This document shows positions 62,401-64,000 of a stretch of 64,000 nt of DNA, piece by piece (positions within the stretch are counted from its first letter, which is position 1; each line of letters starts with the position of its first letter). Position numbers and translations under genes: made by a program. The notes beneath the pieces were generated by a model. It was given only the letters and a program-made list of their open reading frames with translations, had not been told where the DNA came from and did not search any database. Source of the DNA: Hydrurus foetidus (lineage: Eukaryota); the NCBI GenBank assembly GCA_900617105.1, contig UYFQ01000335.1, positions 62,001 through 126,000 of the forward strand, read 5' to 3'.

Positions 62401-64000
62401 AGCCATATCGAATGCGCACTCCGCCAGCCAAATCACCATCAAGAGATTCAGTGTCTGCCACACGTCGTGCAAAGGCAAGAGCACTGGCTGAGAAAAAGAG
62501 TCTCAACTTACTTACAGTTACAGACAAAGACAGCAAATTCATGTCATTCAAGAAGACAAGTCACAAGACAGTCATTGACAGTGGTGCATCTACATCTGGT
62601 ACTGGATTGCGCAGCAGTCTCCGTGACCTTAGACCTACATCATGCAGTGTCTCAGCAGCTTTCGGGGAGACTGCCCAGCCTACTGAGATGGGACTACTCC
62701 CACCATTCATGCTCAAGACTATTGTCATCGACCAAATGAATGATACCACACTGCTCTCAGTGTCTCAAGCGTGTGCAAAGGGATTTGTGGGCATCTTCAC
62801 CTCTAAGGACTGCAAGTTCTTTAATGCGATAGATGTCATCCCACACCTTCAGACAATTTCAAAGACAGCTCACCCAGTTATGAGTGGCAAGGTAGAGGAA
62901 GGCCTCTACTTGCTGGACTCCAACTGAGTGCAACCGGCTCAACTCTTGGTCACGAGTGTAAAGGAGCTTTCGATTTACGACCACGTGCATCGCGTACTAG
63001 GACACCCTGGCGAAGAGGGTATGGCCTGGCACCGACAGCACACCATTGGAGCACACTACTCCAACTTGGATGCATCTACACCAAGACCAATATGCGCAGC
63101 ATGCGTACAGGGCACGATGCGACAGACCTCTACGGACCATCTTCGTATACACCGTTTGCCATCTCCTTGCTACGGCAGTCAATTCTCACTTGACGCGTAT
63201 ACACATACACACCGGTCACAGGCCGGTTATAAGTACTGCGATATTATCACGGACTTATCTACAAGACGAAGTTATCCATGCTTCACGAAAGACCGGGGAG
63301 CTGCAGAACTTGTTAAAAGCTTCTCCACCCTCTTCCAATCACATCCTGAGTGGAAGCCCTCGCTTCCAGGCGTAGACCGATTCATCAGAGCCGATGCAGA
63401 GAAATCTTATCGGTCAGCTGAATTCCTTCAATGCCTACACAACTTCGGATATCGACTTGAGCCAACACCACCTCGCGACAAACATGCAAATGGAATCGCA
63501 GAACGTGCAGTAGGCGTCTTATCGATGAAGTGCAACATCACCATGCAACCTTTAGGGATGACAGTACCACAGAAGTTTTGGGATCTTGCCTTTGAGTATA
63601 CATGCATCACCCATGCATTCAATTACCATTCAGCAATCAAGACATCACCGTATCATCTCATCACTGGAAAGCATGTAATCCTCAAGAACCTCAAGGCCTT
63701 TTGGAGCTTATGTTGGGTTCACATCGCGCTTGAAGATAGGAAAGGAAAAATCGGTTTTCCTCGTGCATACAAAGCCAGATTCGTTGGTTACGATTTATCG
63801 AGAACGCTCGAGCCTTGTTTTAAGGTCATCGAAATACTACCAACCGGAATCTTCGGCAAAATTAGGACAAGTAAGGACGTCATTTTCGACAAAGACAATA
63901 ATTATAATTACACGGACGAGTACCCATCCGATCTTGACTTTTCTAATTTACACCAGAATATCAATAACGATATCTCTGCAGTCCTACCAGCTAACAAGGT
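59468..64000 (+). pseudogene. Copia gag-pol with in-frame TAG (60380-60382), +1 frame change (~62265-62398) and in-frame TGA (62925-62927)
   Basis: ORF 59468 continues in frame into ORF 60392 past TAG. ORF 62265 continues in frame past TGA into an integrase frame that stays open to the window end. Confidence 0.75.

Larger units (their letters stand above)
58500..64000 (+). mobile_element. Ty1/copia LTR retrotransposon, 5' part (LTR, gag, protease, integrase); continues beyond window
   Basis: Protease VIDSGAS, then GAG-pre-integrase HRVLGH...CAAC (HHCC) and integrase core (FSLD..., IRAD.EKSY.S.EF, NGIAER, FW..A). Integrase follows protease directly, which is the copia domain order. Confidence 0.92.

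Noticed and set aside
60380..62927. Alternative genetic code (stop reassignment) as explanation for the in-frame stops
   Set aside because: Host genes in the window end normally at TAA, TAG and TGA and have no internal stops after splicing.

Overview
Gene-dense, intron-containing eukaryotic nuclear DNA. The short GT-AG introns and signal-peptide-bearing plastid-type proteins suggest a stramenopile/ochrophyte alga (inference, not proven). About 20 protein-coding genes are supported: HI0933 flavoprotein, DNA polymerase eta, a 2OG-Fe(II)-type dioxygenase, TAF8, PPR-SMR, ATAD3-like AAA ATPase, MFS and SWEET transporters, TLC protein, fibrillin, ERG4-type sterol reductase, sterol C24-methyltransferase, two alpha/beta hydrolases, SAP-RCC1, FUT8-like glycosyltransferase, DOT1-like methyltransferase and several unknowns. 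Mobile DNA is abundant: a complete 4.1-kb pogo-like transposon with a MITE carrying the same TIR, an internally deleted PIF/Harbinger element, several other MITEs, and the 5' part of a Ty1/copia LTR retrotransposon running off the right end. The most notable observations are: (1) a signal peptide + peptidase-S74/ICA-like domain fused to an ATAD3-like ATPase; (2) an apparently intact chimeric glycosyltransferase gene that took its upstream region and first 78 codons from a neighbour through a ~1.4-kb local duplication; (3) a copia element whose gag has a CCCH finger and a long uncharacterised extra region; (4) a possible second (cargo) gene inside the pogo element. All protein family calls come from motif recognition by eye; no database searches were run.
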